Shown piece by piece: positions 19,330 through 28,862 of a stretch of DNA of 64,000 nt; the first letter of the stretch is position 1; every line of letters begins with the position of its first letter. The notes beneath the pieces were generated by a model. That model had not been told where the DNA came from, ran no database searches, and was given only the letters and a program-made list of their open reading frames with translations. Origin of the DNA: an uncultured Clostridia bacterium (GTDB taxonomy: Bacteria; Bacillota; Clostridia; TANB77; CAG-508). A program made the position numbers and the translations under genes. The stretch is from the NCBI GenBank assembly GCA_904378095.1, contig CAJFHE010000001.1, forward strand, positions 12,018-76,017. Direction: 5' to 3'.

Positions 19330-20376
19330 ATGCCTAAAAAATCAGATGTAATTAAGCAAGAACAGGATAAAAAAGAGAAAGTAGAAGAAATTAAGGAAGA
19401 GCAGATTAAAGAAGGCACCGAAAAAGCAAAGAGTAAGAAAAGTGAAAATTCTGATGCTAGCAAAAATAAAAATACTGGAACAAAGAGTTCCAATAAGAGT
19501 AATGCAACTAAAAAAACAAAAGATGCTAGAGTGAATGCAAAAGCTGAAGATAAGGAAGTAGTAAAAAAGACTGATGATAGCTCAAAAGAGCAAAAATCTA
19601 AAAATGTAAAAGAAAATAAAAGCAAAAATAAGACTAGCAGTAAAGCAGAAAATGACAAAAATGGTGATGCAAAAGAATCTGTAACTAGTCAAAAAAATGA
19701 AAATAAGAAAGATAAAAAGACATCCAAAAAGAAAAATAATAAAAAAGAAGCGGCTAGCGAAAAAGACAAAAAAGAAAAGAAGAAAGAAGTTGTTAGTGAA
19801 GAAAGTAAAAAAGAGAAGAAAAAAGATAATGTTGATAAAAATGAAGCCGTAGAAGAGGTTGCAGCAACAACTTCCGAAAAGGAAAATGTTAAATTAATCA
19901 AATTTGAAGAAATAAAAAATATTTTCAAAAAGAAAAATAAAATACCAGCTGATGCACTTAAAGAAATTAATAAACCTGTGTTTAATAATATTATAGTTGC
20001 AATAATAATAATAGTATATTTTATATTTTTAATTTTAGGTTTCTATAACATTGAAAATAGCATGTATCAAACAGATTTAAAAGTATTTGCAATGTGTATA
20101 TTATTTTTAGCAATTATTTTATTAGAAAGAGCATACAAAAAAGACAGTGGTAGAATAGCAATATTTGGAATAGAAACCATTGTGTTGGCTGTTATTACAC
20201 TTGGATTAATATATGTTAATTTAATGTTATCTTCAAGCTATGTAAACATTGTCTTAATAATTTTGTATGCAGTAGCTATATATTATGTTATAAAGTCCAT
20301 AATTGTTTATCATAAAGGAAAAAAGAAATATTTTGTTGAAAATATGAAGGAAATAATTAATACCGAAGAAGAGTAA
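19330..20376 (+). CDS. membrane protein with a ~190-aa K/E/S-rich disordered N-terminus and four C-terminal TM helices
   Basis: 348-aa ORF with a GGGGGAA RBS. The low-complexity charged half is followed by a hydrophobic half. Confidence 0.6.
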   Translation: MPKKSDVIKQEQDKKEKVEEIKEEQIKEGTEKAKSKKSENSDASKNKNTGTKSSNKSNATKKTKDARVNAKAEDKEVVKKTDDSSKEQKSKNVKENKSKNKTSSKAENDKNGDAKESVTSQKNENKKDKKTSKKKNNKKEAASEKDKKEKKKEVVSEESKKEKKKDNVDKNEAVEEVAATTSEKENVKLIKFEEIKNIFKKKNKIPADALKEINKPVFNNIIVAIIIIVYFIFLILGFYNIENSMYQTDLKVFAMCILFLAIILLERAYKKDSGRIAIFGIETIVLAVITLGLIYVNLMLSSSYVNIVLIILYAVAIYYVIKSIIVYHKGKKKYFVENMKEIINTEEE

Positions 20377-20400
20377 TATAAATGTAATTGGAGGTAGATT

Positions 20401-20664
20401 ATGCAATTAATTAATATAGGTTTTGGAAATATTGTTTCAGCAACAAGAATTGTGGCTATAGTAAGCCCAGAATCAGCGCCAATAAAAAGAATTGTTCAAG
20501 AGGCAAAAGATGATGGTACTGCTATAGATGCAACATATGGAAGAAAAACAAGAGCAGTTATAATAATGGATTCTGGTCATGTTATTCTTTCGTCAATTCA
20601 ACCAGAGACGGTCGCAGGAAGACTAGAAAAAGATGAAGATGTTAGTTCAGGCGAAGAAAGCTAA
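20401..20664 (+). CDS. remA: RemA/YlzA family (DUF370) regulator
   Basis: LINIGFGN.V...[15 protein letters not shown] signature. Confidence 0.85.
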   Translation: MQLINIGFGNIVSATRIVAIVSPESAPIKRIVQEAKDDGTAIDATYGRKTRAVIIMDSGHVILSSIQPETVAGRLEKDEDVSSGEES

Positions 20665-20759
20665 AATGCTTTATATACAGAAGAAAAGCCAAGTTTGTAT
20701 CTAAAATATTACAATTTGGTATAAGAAAGAATAAAAGTGTGTTAAGGGGGAATTTAAAA

Positions 20760-20948
20760 ATGATGGTAAAACCAACAGTAAAAGAATTATTAACAAAGGT
20801 AGATAACAGATTTGAGTTAGTAGTAGTAACAGCGAAAAGAGCTAGACAAATAGCAAATGGGGCACAAAAACTAACAGATGTAAATGAGGAAGTGCCAGTT
20901 ACTATTGCTGCAAATGAAATAGCAGAAGGTAAGGTGACGATATGCTAG
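20760..20948 (+). CDS. rpoZ: DNA-directed RNA polymerase subunit omega
   Basis: NRF.LV.V.AKRARQI motif. The ATG at 20760 follows AAGGGGGAA. Confidence 0.8.
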   Translation: MMVKPTVKELLTKVDNRFELVVVTAKRARQIANGAQKLTDVNEEVPVTIAANEIAEGKVTIC

Positions 20949-21517
20949 TTTTATTGTCAGGTGTATCTGGAGCTGGTAAAGATACAATCAAAAAGCAATT
21001 AATAACTAGAATGGAAAATGTTGAATCTCTACCTTCATATACAGATAGAGCTCCTAGAGCCAATGATACTCCAGGAGTTACATATAATTTTGTGAGCACA
21101 GCAGAATTTGAAAGAATGATAAAAGATGGTGAATTATACGAGTATTCTGTTCACCATGAGCATTATTATGGAACTTCAAAAAAACTATTAAATGATAAAA
21201 TAAATAATGGAAAAATCATAGTAAAAGACATTGAAGTAAACGGTGTAGAAAATCTGCTAAAACTCTTAAAAGATGATGTAAAAATAGTTACTATATTTTT
21301 ACGTGTGCCAAAAGAAGAATTACAAAGAAGATTAGAAAATAGAATTGATAAGCCTAGTTTAAAAGAAATTCAACTAAGACTTAATAGATTTGATTATGAA
21401 GAATCAAAAATAGGAATGTATGATTACATTATTAAGAACAACGACTTAGAAAAGACTGTAAACATAATTACAACGATTATAAATAATGAATATAAACTAA
21501 AAAATCCGGAATTTTAA
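20942..21517 (+). CDS. gmk: guanylate kinase
   Basis: P-loop SGVSGAGKDT, ..DR.PR...TPGV.Y.FVS and YYGTSK motifs. The ATG overlaps the rpoZ stop. Confidence 0.8.
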   Translation: MLVLLSGVSGAGKDTIKKQLITRMENVESLPSYTDRAPRANDTPGVTYNFVSTAEFERMIKDGELYEYSVHHEHYYGTSKKLLNDKINNGKIIVKDIEVNGVENLLKLLKDDVKIVTIFLRVPKEELQRRLENRIDKPSLKEIQLRLNRFDYEESKIGMYDYIIKNNDLEKTVNIITTIINNEYKLKNPEF

Positions 21518-21541
21518 AAAACATATGATTAGTGGAACACT

Positions 21542-21566
21542 GGGGGCAGATTTTTAATCTGTCCCC
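21542..21566. repeat. GGGG(G)CAGA-N7-TCTGTCCCC hairpin (GAC-hairpin family)
   Basis: Inverted repeat read directly, 3' of gmk. Near-identical to 54737-54765, including the CATG flanks. Confidence 0.8.
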
Positions 21567-21811
21567 ATGTTGCACTTGCACACATCAAAAGTATAAATAA
21601 AAATAAAGTTACTAGCTAATGGTTAATAAAAACATATATATCTTTTCATCTGGATTTTTTTCTTTTTTTAATATATAATAAGAAAAGTGGCTTCGCCACA
21701 TGTACATTTCGCTTCGCGAATATGCACGGCCTAAGGAAACTTAACCTTGTTGCTCCGGAAATTTCTAACGAAATTTCCTATGCAATAGAGAAAAATTTTA
21801 GAGGAGAAAAA

Positions 21812-24068
21812 ATGATAGCAGAAGTCATAATACAAAGCAACGTAAAAAATCTAAATAGAGTATTTGATTATAAAATTCCAGCAGAGTACGAAGACAAAGC
21901 TTTAGAATTAATCGGGGCGAGAGTGCTAATACCATTTGGAAGAATGAAAAGCCTAGAAGAAGGCTTTATTGTAAATATAAAGCCAAGCACTGAGTACGAA
22001 GTAAAAGAAATAGCAAGAATAGAAGAGAAGTATTTAGATGAAGAGAGAATAAAACTTGCAAAGTGGATGGCAAAAAGATATTTTTGTAATATCTCAGATT
22101 GTTTAAAATTAATGCTTCCACCTGGTACAACATCGAAAATAAATACTAACAGAGTAAAAGAAAAAAATGTAAATTTTATTACTTTAAAGAAAGATGAAGA
22201 TGAAATTGAATTTGATATAGAAAATGGAAAAATAAAATCGGATAAACAGATACGTACATTAAGATTTATAATGCAAAATGGGGATTCGTTGGTTTCGGAT
22301 ATAGAGATGTTTGCAGATAGCTCTAGAGCAGTTGTAAACACACTATGTAAAAATGGATACTTAGAAATTATTGAAAAAAAGGTAGAGCGAGACCCATTTG
22401 AATTTAAAGATATACAAAGAACAGAAAAGCTAAAACTTACAGACGAGCAACAAGAGGCATTTGATACTATTTGTGATTCGATGGATGATATGCTTTTTTC
22501 TGAATTTCTACTATTTGGTGTAACAGGCTCGCGGAAAAACAGAAATTTACTTACAATTAATAGAAAAAACACTAAATGAGCATAAATCAAGCATATTATT
22601 AGTTCCAGAGATATCATTAACGCCACAGACCGTAAATAGATTTATAGCAAGATTTGGAAAAGAAAATATTGCAGTACTACACAGCAAGCTATCTGTGGGA
22701 GAAAGATATGACCAATGGCATAAGATTAAAGAAGGAAAAGCCAAAATTATTATAGGAGCACGCTCGGCAATATTTGCACCAGTAGAAAATTTAGGAATTG
22801 TAATTATAGACGAAGAGCATGATGGCTCATACAAATCTGAAATGGCTCCTAGATATGATGCAAAAGAAATAGCAAGATATATGTGCAAAGACAAAAATGT
22901 ACCACTTGTTTTAGGAAGTGCTACTCCAGACATGGAAACATACTACAAAGCACAAAATGGAGAAATAATGCTTCTAGAGTTAACAAAAAGAGCAAATGAA
23001 TCTGAGCTCCCAAACATAGAGATTATAGATTTAAGAGAAGAGCTAGCAAAAGGTAATAAATCTATGATTAGTACCAAGCTTTATGAAGAGATAGAAAAGA
23101 ATTTAAAAGACAAAAAGCAAACTATTTTGTATCTTAATAGAAGAGGATTTTCTACATTTGTAATGTGTAGAAATTGTGGATACACAGTAAAATGCAAGAA
23201 CTGTAATATAAACCTAACATATCATTCAAATAAAAACAAATTAAAATGCCACTATTGTGGATATGAGGAAAAAGTTGTGACGAAATGCCCAGAATGTGGA
23301 AGTGAGCAAATAAGATATTTTGGAACAGGCACACAAAAACTAGAATACGAAATACAAAAGTTATTTCCAAGTGCTTCAACAATAAGAATGGATATAGACA
23401 CGGTAAGCAAAAAAAATTCACATGAGCAAATTTTAGAAAAATTCAAGAATGAAAATATCGACATTCTAATTGGAACACAGATGGTGGTAAAAGGACATCA
23501 CTTCCCAAATGTAACGCTAGTGGGAGTTATAGCGGCAGATGGTAGCTTAAACATAGATGACTTTAGAGCAAATGAAAAAACATTTCAAATACTAACACAA
23601 GTAGCAGGAAGAGCAGGGAGAGGCGGAGACAAAGGGAGAGTAATAATTCAAACATATAATCCAGATAATTTTAGCATAGAATGTGCAAAAAAACAGGACT
23701 ATAAATTATTCTACAATACAGAGATATCTTTACGAAAACAATTGAAATATCCGCCATTTTGCGATATAATAGTAATTGGGTTCACATCAATATTTGAAAA
23801 AGAAGTAATGGAAGTAGCAGAAAAAATACATGCATACTTAAAAAATAGAGTAATAAAAGAAAATATTGGCATAATACTATATAAAGCACTTCCATCACCA
23901 ATCGACAAAATAAAAAATAAATATAGATGGAGAATCTTAATAAAATGTAAATTTTCAGAGGAAATAATAACACTAATGAATGATGCTTTAGAAGAATACT
24001 ATAAATTAAAAAAGAAAAACACCAGAATATCAATAGATTTAAATCCAAACAACATGATGGCGTTATAG
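21812..24068 (+). pseudogene. priA: primosomal protein N' (PriA) interrupted by a +1 frameshift in Walker A
   Basis: Frame 1 ends ...LFGVTGS then RKNRN...stop. Skipping c22532 restores GVTGSGKTEIYLQLIE...LVPEISLTPQ, continuous with the 22695..24068 ORF (Cys-rich zinc region, helicase C-terminus). Confidence 0.85.
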
Positions 24069-24078
24069 GGACAGGCCT

Positions 24079-24102
24079 AAAAACGACAAAGTTGTCGTTT
24101 TT
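24079..24102 (+). terminator. intrinsic terminator after priA, flanked by GGGACAG direct repeats
   Basis: AAAAACGACAA/TTGTCGTTTTT stem. GGGACAGG at 24068 and GGGACAGA at 24103. Confidence 0.7.
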
Positions 24103-24182
24103 GGGACAGACCTTCTTAATTTAAAGTAATAAGGAAATCAAATATACTAAATTATAATATAATAGAAGAGGAGGGGAAATTT

Positions 24183-24662
24183 GTGGCAATAAGAGAGATA
24201 AGGTTAAATGGAGATGAAATCCTAAGAAAAAAATCAAGAGTTGTTGAGGAAGTGGATGGCAAAATAAGAGAATTACTAGATGACATGTTAGAAACAATGC
24301 ACAAATATAATGGTGTTGGCTTGGCTGCTCCACAAGTAGGAATATTAAAAAGAGTTATTGTAATTGATTTATATGATGGAAATGAGCCTTTAAAACTTGT
24401 TAATCCAGTAATTTTAAAAAGAAAAGGCAAACAGGAAGTAGAAGAAGGCTGTTTAAGTTTTCCAAACCAATATGCTAAAATGATAAGACCGGAAGAAATA
24501 GTAGTAGAGGCATTAAACGAAAACGGAGAAAAAATAAAAATAAAGGCAAAAGGTTTGCTAGCACAAGCAATTTGCCACGAAGTAGACCATTTAGAGGGTG
24601 TGCTATTTGTAGATAACATGATACCAGGAACACTAGAGTACGTAAAGCCAGAGGAAGAGTAA
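24183..24662 (+). CDS. def: peptide deformylase
   Basis: Motifs GVGLAAPQ, EGCLSFP and HEVDHL. GTG start after GAGGAGGGG. Confidence 0.9.
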   Translation: MAIREIRLNGDEILRKKSRVVEEVDGKIRELLDDMLETMHKYNGVGLAAPQVGILKRVIVIDLYDGNEPLKLVNPVILKRKGKQEVEEGCLSFPNQYAKMIRPEEIVVEALNENGEKIKIKAKGLLAQAICHEVDHLEGVLFVDNMIPGTLEYVKPEEE

Positions 24663-24676
24663 GAAGGAGGCAGAGA

Positions 24677-25675
24677 ATGCTTAAAATAGTTTTTATGGGA
24701 ACACCGGATTTTGCAGCAGAGTCACTAAAAAAAGTGTATGAAGCGGGACATGAAATTGAAGCAGTTGTAACGAATCCAGACAAACCAAAAGGAAGAGGAA
24801 TGAAAATGGTTTCTTCACCAGTTAAACAATTTGCTGAAGAGAAGGGCTTAAGGATTCTTCAACCACAAAAAGTTAGAAATAACACAGAATTTATAGATGA
24901 AATAAAGAAAATTAATCCAGATGTTATATGTGTTGTAGCATATGGAAAAATTCTTCCAAAGGAGCTATTGGAAATTCCAAAGTTTGGCTGCATAAATGTG
25001 CATGGCTCACTTCTTCCTAAATATAGAGGTGCTGCTCCAATACAATGGGCAATTCTAAATGGAGATAAAACCACGGGAATTACTACAATGTACATGAATG
25101 AAGGCATGGACACAGGAGATATGATTTTAAAGGAAGAAGTCAAAATAGGCGATGATGAGACGACTGGAGAGCTATGGAGTAGACTTGCAGAAGTAGGCGC
25201 AAATTTATTAGTAAAAACATTAAAATTGATAGAAGAGGGAAAAGCTCCAAGGGAGAAGCAAGGAGAAGATTTTACATTAGCTCCAATGCTTGACAAAAGC
25301 ATGGCAGAAATTGACTGGAAGAATAAAACTGCAGCAGAAATAAAGAATTTGGTTAGAGGACTAAATCCAATAATGGGGGCATTTAGTTATTGGAATGGGA
25401 AAAAAATAAAATTTTGGAAAGTAGATATTCTTTCAGAAGAAGAGCTAAAAAATGAATATCCAGAATTGAGAGAATATGAGTATAAAATGCCTGATATTGA
25501 GCCAGGAACAGTATTGTTTTCTGATGCAAAAAAAGGATTGTATATAAAGGCAAAAGAAGGAATATTAAAAGTTCTTGAAATACAAGGAGAAAATGCAAAA
25601 AGAATGAGTGTGGGAGATTTCCTACGTGGGAATGCAATAAATGCAGGTACTCAATTGGGTACAAGTACCATTTAG
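24677..25675 (+). CDS. fmt: methionyl-tRNA formyltransferase
   Basis: MGTPDFA, HGSLLPKYRGAAPIQ. def-fmt order conserved. Confidence 0.9.
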   Translation: MLKIVFMGTPDFAAESLKKVYEAGHEIEAVVTNPDKPKGRGMKMVSSPVKQFAEEKGLRILQPQKVRNNTEFIDEIKKINPDVICVVAYGKILPKELLEIPKFGCINVHGSLLPKYRGAAPIQWAILNGDKTTGITTMYMNEGMDTGDMILKEEVKIGDDETTGELWSRLAEVGANLLVKTLKLIEEGKAPREKQGEDFTLAPMLDKSMAEIDWKNKTAAEIKNLVRGLNPIMGAFSYWNGKKIKFWKVDILSEEELKNEYPELREYEYKMPDIEPGTVLFSDAKKGLYIKAKEGILKVLEIQGENAKRMSVGDFLRGNAINAGTQLGTSTI

Positions 25676-25836
25676 AAAGTATGAAAAACCGGGACAGACG
25701 TATTTTTTGAAAAAAAGTTGCAAAATTTGTAATATAATAGTATAATATATAATGTGTGAAACTTTATTCATAAAAAGTAATACAAACATAGAATAGGAGC
25801 ATAATATAAATATAGATATATTTAAAGGAGAAAAAA

Positions 25837-27066
25837 ATGGATTATTTATTTATGATTCAGCAAGTTCTTGTCTGGTTGTTAACAATATTTTGGGGATATC
25901 AATTAATAATAAGTATATGCTCACTAGTAAAGCTTAAAGATAAGCCAATATTAGAAGAGAAGACTAATAAATTTATGGCGATTATCCCTGCACACAATGA
26001 GGAAAACGTAATTGAAGCATTAATAGAAAGTTTAAACAATCAAGATTATCCAAAGGACCACTATGATATATACGTTATTGCAGATAATTGTACAGATAGA
26101 ACAGCAGAAATTGCAAGAAATCATGGCGCAATAGTAATGGAAAGATTTGATGAGGAGCATAAAACAAAGGGTTATGCTTTGCAATGGTTTTTGAACAAAG
26201 AAATTGAAGAAGATGCTGATTATGACGCATTTTGCGTTTTCGATGCAGATAATATAGTTGATAAAAATTTCTTAAAAGCCATGAACAAAAAGCTTTGCCA
26301 AGGTGAAGAAGTCGTACAAGGATATAGAGATATCAAAAACCCAACAGATAGCTGGGTTTCAGCTGGATATGCATTGTTTTATTGGACAATGAACAGATTT
26401 TATCATTTAGCAAGATATAATTTAGGACTATCTCCATTAATAAATGGTACTGGATTTATGGTTAAATTTGATGTCATAAAACCAGAAGGATGGAACACTA
26501 AAACATTAACAGAGGATATTGAGTTCTCGTTAAAAAGAATTATAACAGGAAAAAGGTTAGGATGGGCAACAGATGCCATTGTTTATGATGAGCAACCAGT
26601 TGGATTTAAACAATCATGGAAGCAAAGAACAAGATGGACAGTAGGTCATATTCAATGTATGACAGAGTACACAAAACCACTTGCTACAGCAGTTAAAGAA
26701 AATAAAACAATGATGAACTTTGACGGACTATTATACATTTTAGGAAGTATACCAATGTTTATTTTGACAATAGTATTACTTGTTCTAAACTTTGTAATAT
26801 TCGCAGCTAATGGAATGACTGTGGCTGACTTAGTTATAAACTGCTTAAGATATTTAATACCAACATTCTTATTACCAATATTTACAGCATTGCTTATTAT
26901 GATATTGGATAAGAAGCCTATTAGACCAATGATTAAAGGATTGTTATGCTATCCATTATTCTTGGGCTCATGGTTATTAATAAACTTTAAATGTTTATTT
27001 AAACGTGACACAAGTTGGGATAAAATTGAGCACGTTAGAAATATAAAAATTAAAGATGTAGCTTAG
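25837..27066 (+). CDS. membrane-bound family-2 glycosyltransferase (processive type)
   Basis: IIPAHNEE, DADN and the Q-x-x-RW motif (KQRTRWTVGH). N-terminal TM and C-terminal TM bundle. Confidence 0.8.
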   Translation: MDYLFMIQQVLVWLLTIFWGYQLIISICSLVKLKDKPILEEKTNKFMAIIPAHNEENVIEALIESLNNQDYPKDHYDIYVIADNCTDRTAEIARNHGAIVMERFDEEHKTKGYALQWFLNKEIEEDADYDAFCVFDADNIVDKNFLKAMNKKLCQGEEVVQGYRDIKNPTDSWVSAGYALFYWTMNRFYHLARYNLGLSPLINGTGFMVKFDVIKPEGWNTKTLTEDIEFSLKRIITGKRLGWATDAIVYDEQPVGFKQSWKQRTRWTVGHIQCMTEYTKPLATAVKENKTMMNFDGLLYILGSIPMFILTIVLLVLNFVIFAANGMTVADLVINCLRYLIPTFLLPIFTALLIMILDKKPIRPMIKGLLCYPLFLGSWLLINFKCLFKRDTSWDKIEHVRNIKIKDVA

Positions 27067-27183
27067 AAGAAAAGCAAATAAGGTATGAATTACTTTATTT
27101 GCTTTTTTAATGCAAAAACTAAAGACATTTATTCAAATAAATGTTATAATAAAGCACATAAAAAACAAAAAAGGGGAAAACAT

Positions 27184-28689
27184 ATGAAAATAAAAGATAA
27201 AACAACAATTTTACATATAGCAATTATAGTGCTAGGAATAATTTTTATTTCATTGTCGACATTTCACTCTAATCTGTGGTATGACGAATCATATTCTGTA
27301 GCAATTTCAAACCGAAATTTTGCAGATATTTGGAGTATAGGTGGCCATGATGTCCACCCAGTGCTATATTATTGGATTTTGCACATTATAAGAATGATTT
27401 TCGGAAATCAAATAATGATATACAGATTATTTTCTGTGCTAACAATTTCTGTTTTGGGAATCCTTGGATTTACACATATTAGAAAAGACTTCGGAAAAAA
27501 TGTAGGACTACTATTTTCATTTTTTGTATATTTTTTGCCAATAAACGTAGCGTATGCAGGAGAGATACGAATGTATGGCTTGGCAATGCTTTTAGTTACA
27601 CTTATGGCAATTTATGCATATAGGATATACAAAAATCCGAATGAGAAAAATATAAAAAATTGGATACTTTTTGGAGTATTTAGCTTGGCATCAGCATATA
27701 CTCATTATTATGCTTTGGCAGCAGCAGGTATAATAAATCTAGCATTGCTAATTTATTTTATAAGAAAATCTGTAAAGGAAAAGAAATTTGGTAACAATCT
27801 AAAAGTATTCATTATAGTAGGAGTTATACAAATTGCTGCATATTTGCCATGGCTGATGTATTTATTACTTCAAATAAGTCAAGTATCAGCTGGATTTTGG
27901 ATAGTATTTACATTCCCAGATACACTTATAGAAATGTTTACATTCCAATTCTCTGGAAATCTTCCAGATTCAACATATATTCCTAATTGGATAGCAGGAA
28001 TTTTTGGATTAATAATTTGCGTTTATGTAATTTGTCTATACATTAAAAACAGAAAGAATAAAGAAGAAAATAGACCTGCCAAATATGCAATAATAATGTA
28101 TGGATTAACTTTGCTAGGCGTATGCATCATGTCATTTATCATGCAAAGACCAATTTTGTATGCAAGATACATGCTATGTATTACGGGATTATTCATATTC
28201 TTTATTAGCTATATAATTGGAAAATACGGAAACAAATACATAACTTTAGTAGTGTGTATAATATCAGTAATTCTTGCAACCTATGTGAATATATTATTAA
28301 TACAACAAAATTACGATTCAAGCAATGTAGAGCCAATTGAATATCTAAAAGCAAATGTTCAAGAAGGGGATATATTAATTTATGGGAATGAAGGATGTGC
28401 ATTTGTTGTGTCAGCTAACTTTCCAGAGCAAAAGCAATATTTTTGGGACGAAGCAAATTGGAATATAGATGAGGCAATAAGTGCTTATGGTCCAAACATG
28501 ACGATAATACATAATTTGGACGAAATAAAGGAGGATAATGCTAGAATTTGGGTAATAAACGGCTCAAACTACGCTATTGCGGATTCGCTAGTAGAAGAGT
28601 TGGAAGCAAAGATTGTATCTAAGGAAGCGTATTCAACTGCTTACAAGGATTACAATTATACTATTGCGTTGGTAGAGATTGACAAATGA
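27184..28689 (+). CDS. polytopic membrane glycosyltransferase, GT39/ArnT/PMT_2-like
   Basis: About 11 TM helices with a DE motif in the first loop (WYDESYS) and a soluble C-terminal domain. The ATG at 27184 follows AAAGGGGAA. Confidence 0.6.
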   Translation: MKIKDKTTILHIAIIVLGIIFISLSTFHSNLWYDESYSVAISNRNFADIWSIGGHDVHPVLYYWILHIIRMIFGNQIMIYRLFSVLTISVLGILGFTHIRKDFGKNVGLLFSFFVYFLPINVAYAGEIRMYGLAMLLVTLMAIYAYRIYKNPNEKNIKNWILFGVFSLASAYTHYYALAAAGIINLALLIYFIRKSVKEKKFGNNLKVFIIVGVIQIAAYLPWLMYLLLQISQVSAGFWIVFTFPDTLIEMFTFQFSGNLPDSTYIPNWIAGIFGLIICVYVICLYIKNRKNKEENRPAKYAIIMYGLTLLGVCIMSFIMQRPILYARYMLCITGLFIFFISYIIGKYGNKYITLVVCIISVILATYVNILLIQQNYDSSNVEPIEYLKANVQEGDILIYGNEGCAFVVSANFPEQKQYFWDEANWNIDEAISAYGPNMTIIHNLDEIKEDNARIWVINGSNYAIADSLVEELEAKIVSKEAYSTAYKDYNYTIALVEIDK

Positions 28690-28715
28690 TGCTTAATATA
28701 TAAATTTAGTGGATA

Positions 28716-28749
28716 TAACCGAGATAAAATACATGTTTTATCTCGGTTA
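28716..28749 (+). terminator. intrinsic terminator
   Basis: TAACCGAGATAAAA/TTTTATCTCGGTTA 14-bp stem. Confidence 0.65.
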
Positions 28750-28862
28750 ATTAACAAGAATAAAATTATTCTTGCGACTTGCTGCATAAAATGGTATAAT
28801 CTTGTATGTAGAATTTTTAATTGCATAATGCAAAAACTACGACTAAAAAAGGAATGATAAAA

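Noticed and set aside
19266-19928. Minus-strand ORFs rich in F/L/S opposite the K/E-rich gene, and 54327..54717 opposite the DUF1292 gene
   Set aside because: They are the complement of purine-rich low-complexity coding sequence. There are no start signals.
21868-22626. 252-aa minus-strand ORF and other long antisense ORFs (e.g. 7503..7979, 11487..11864, 24152..24619, 32063..32497, 37284..37814, 56753..57271)
   Set aside because: These are shadow ORFs inside well-supported genes on the opposite strand (priA, rarA, recG, def, typA, sigK, rbgA). Their S/F/L/I-rich composition is typical of antisense translation of AT-rich coding DNA.
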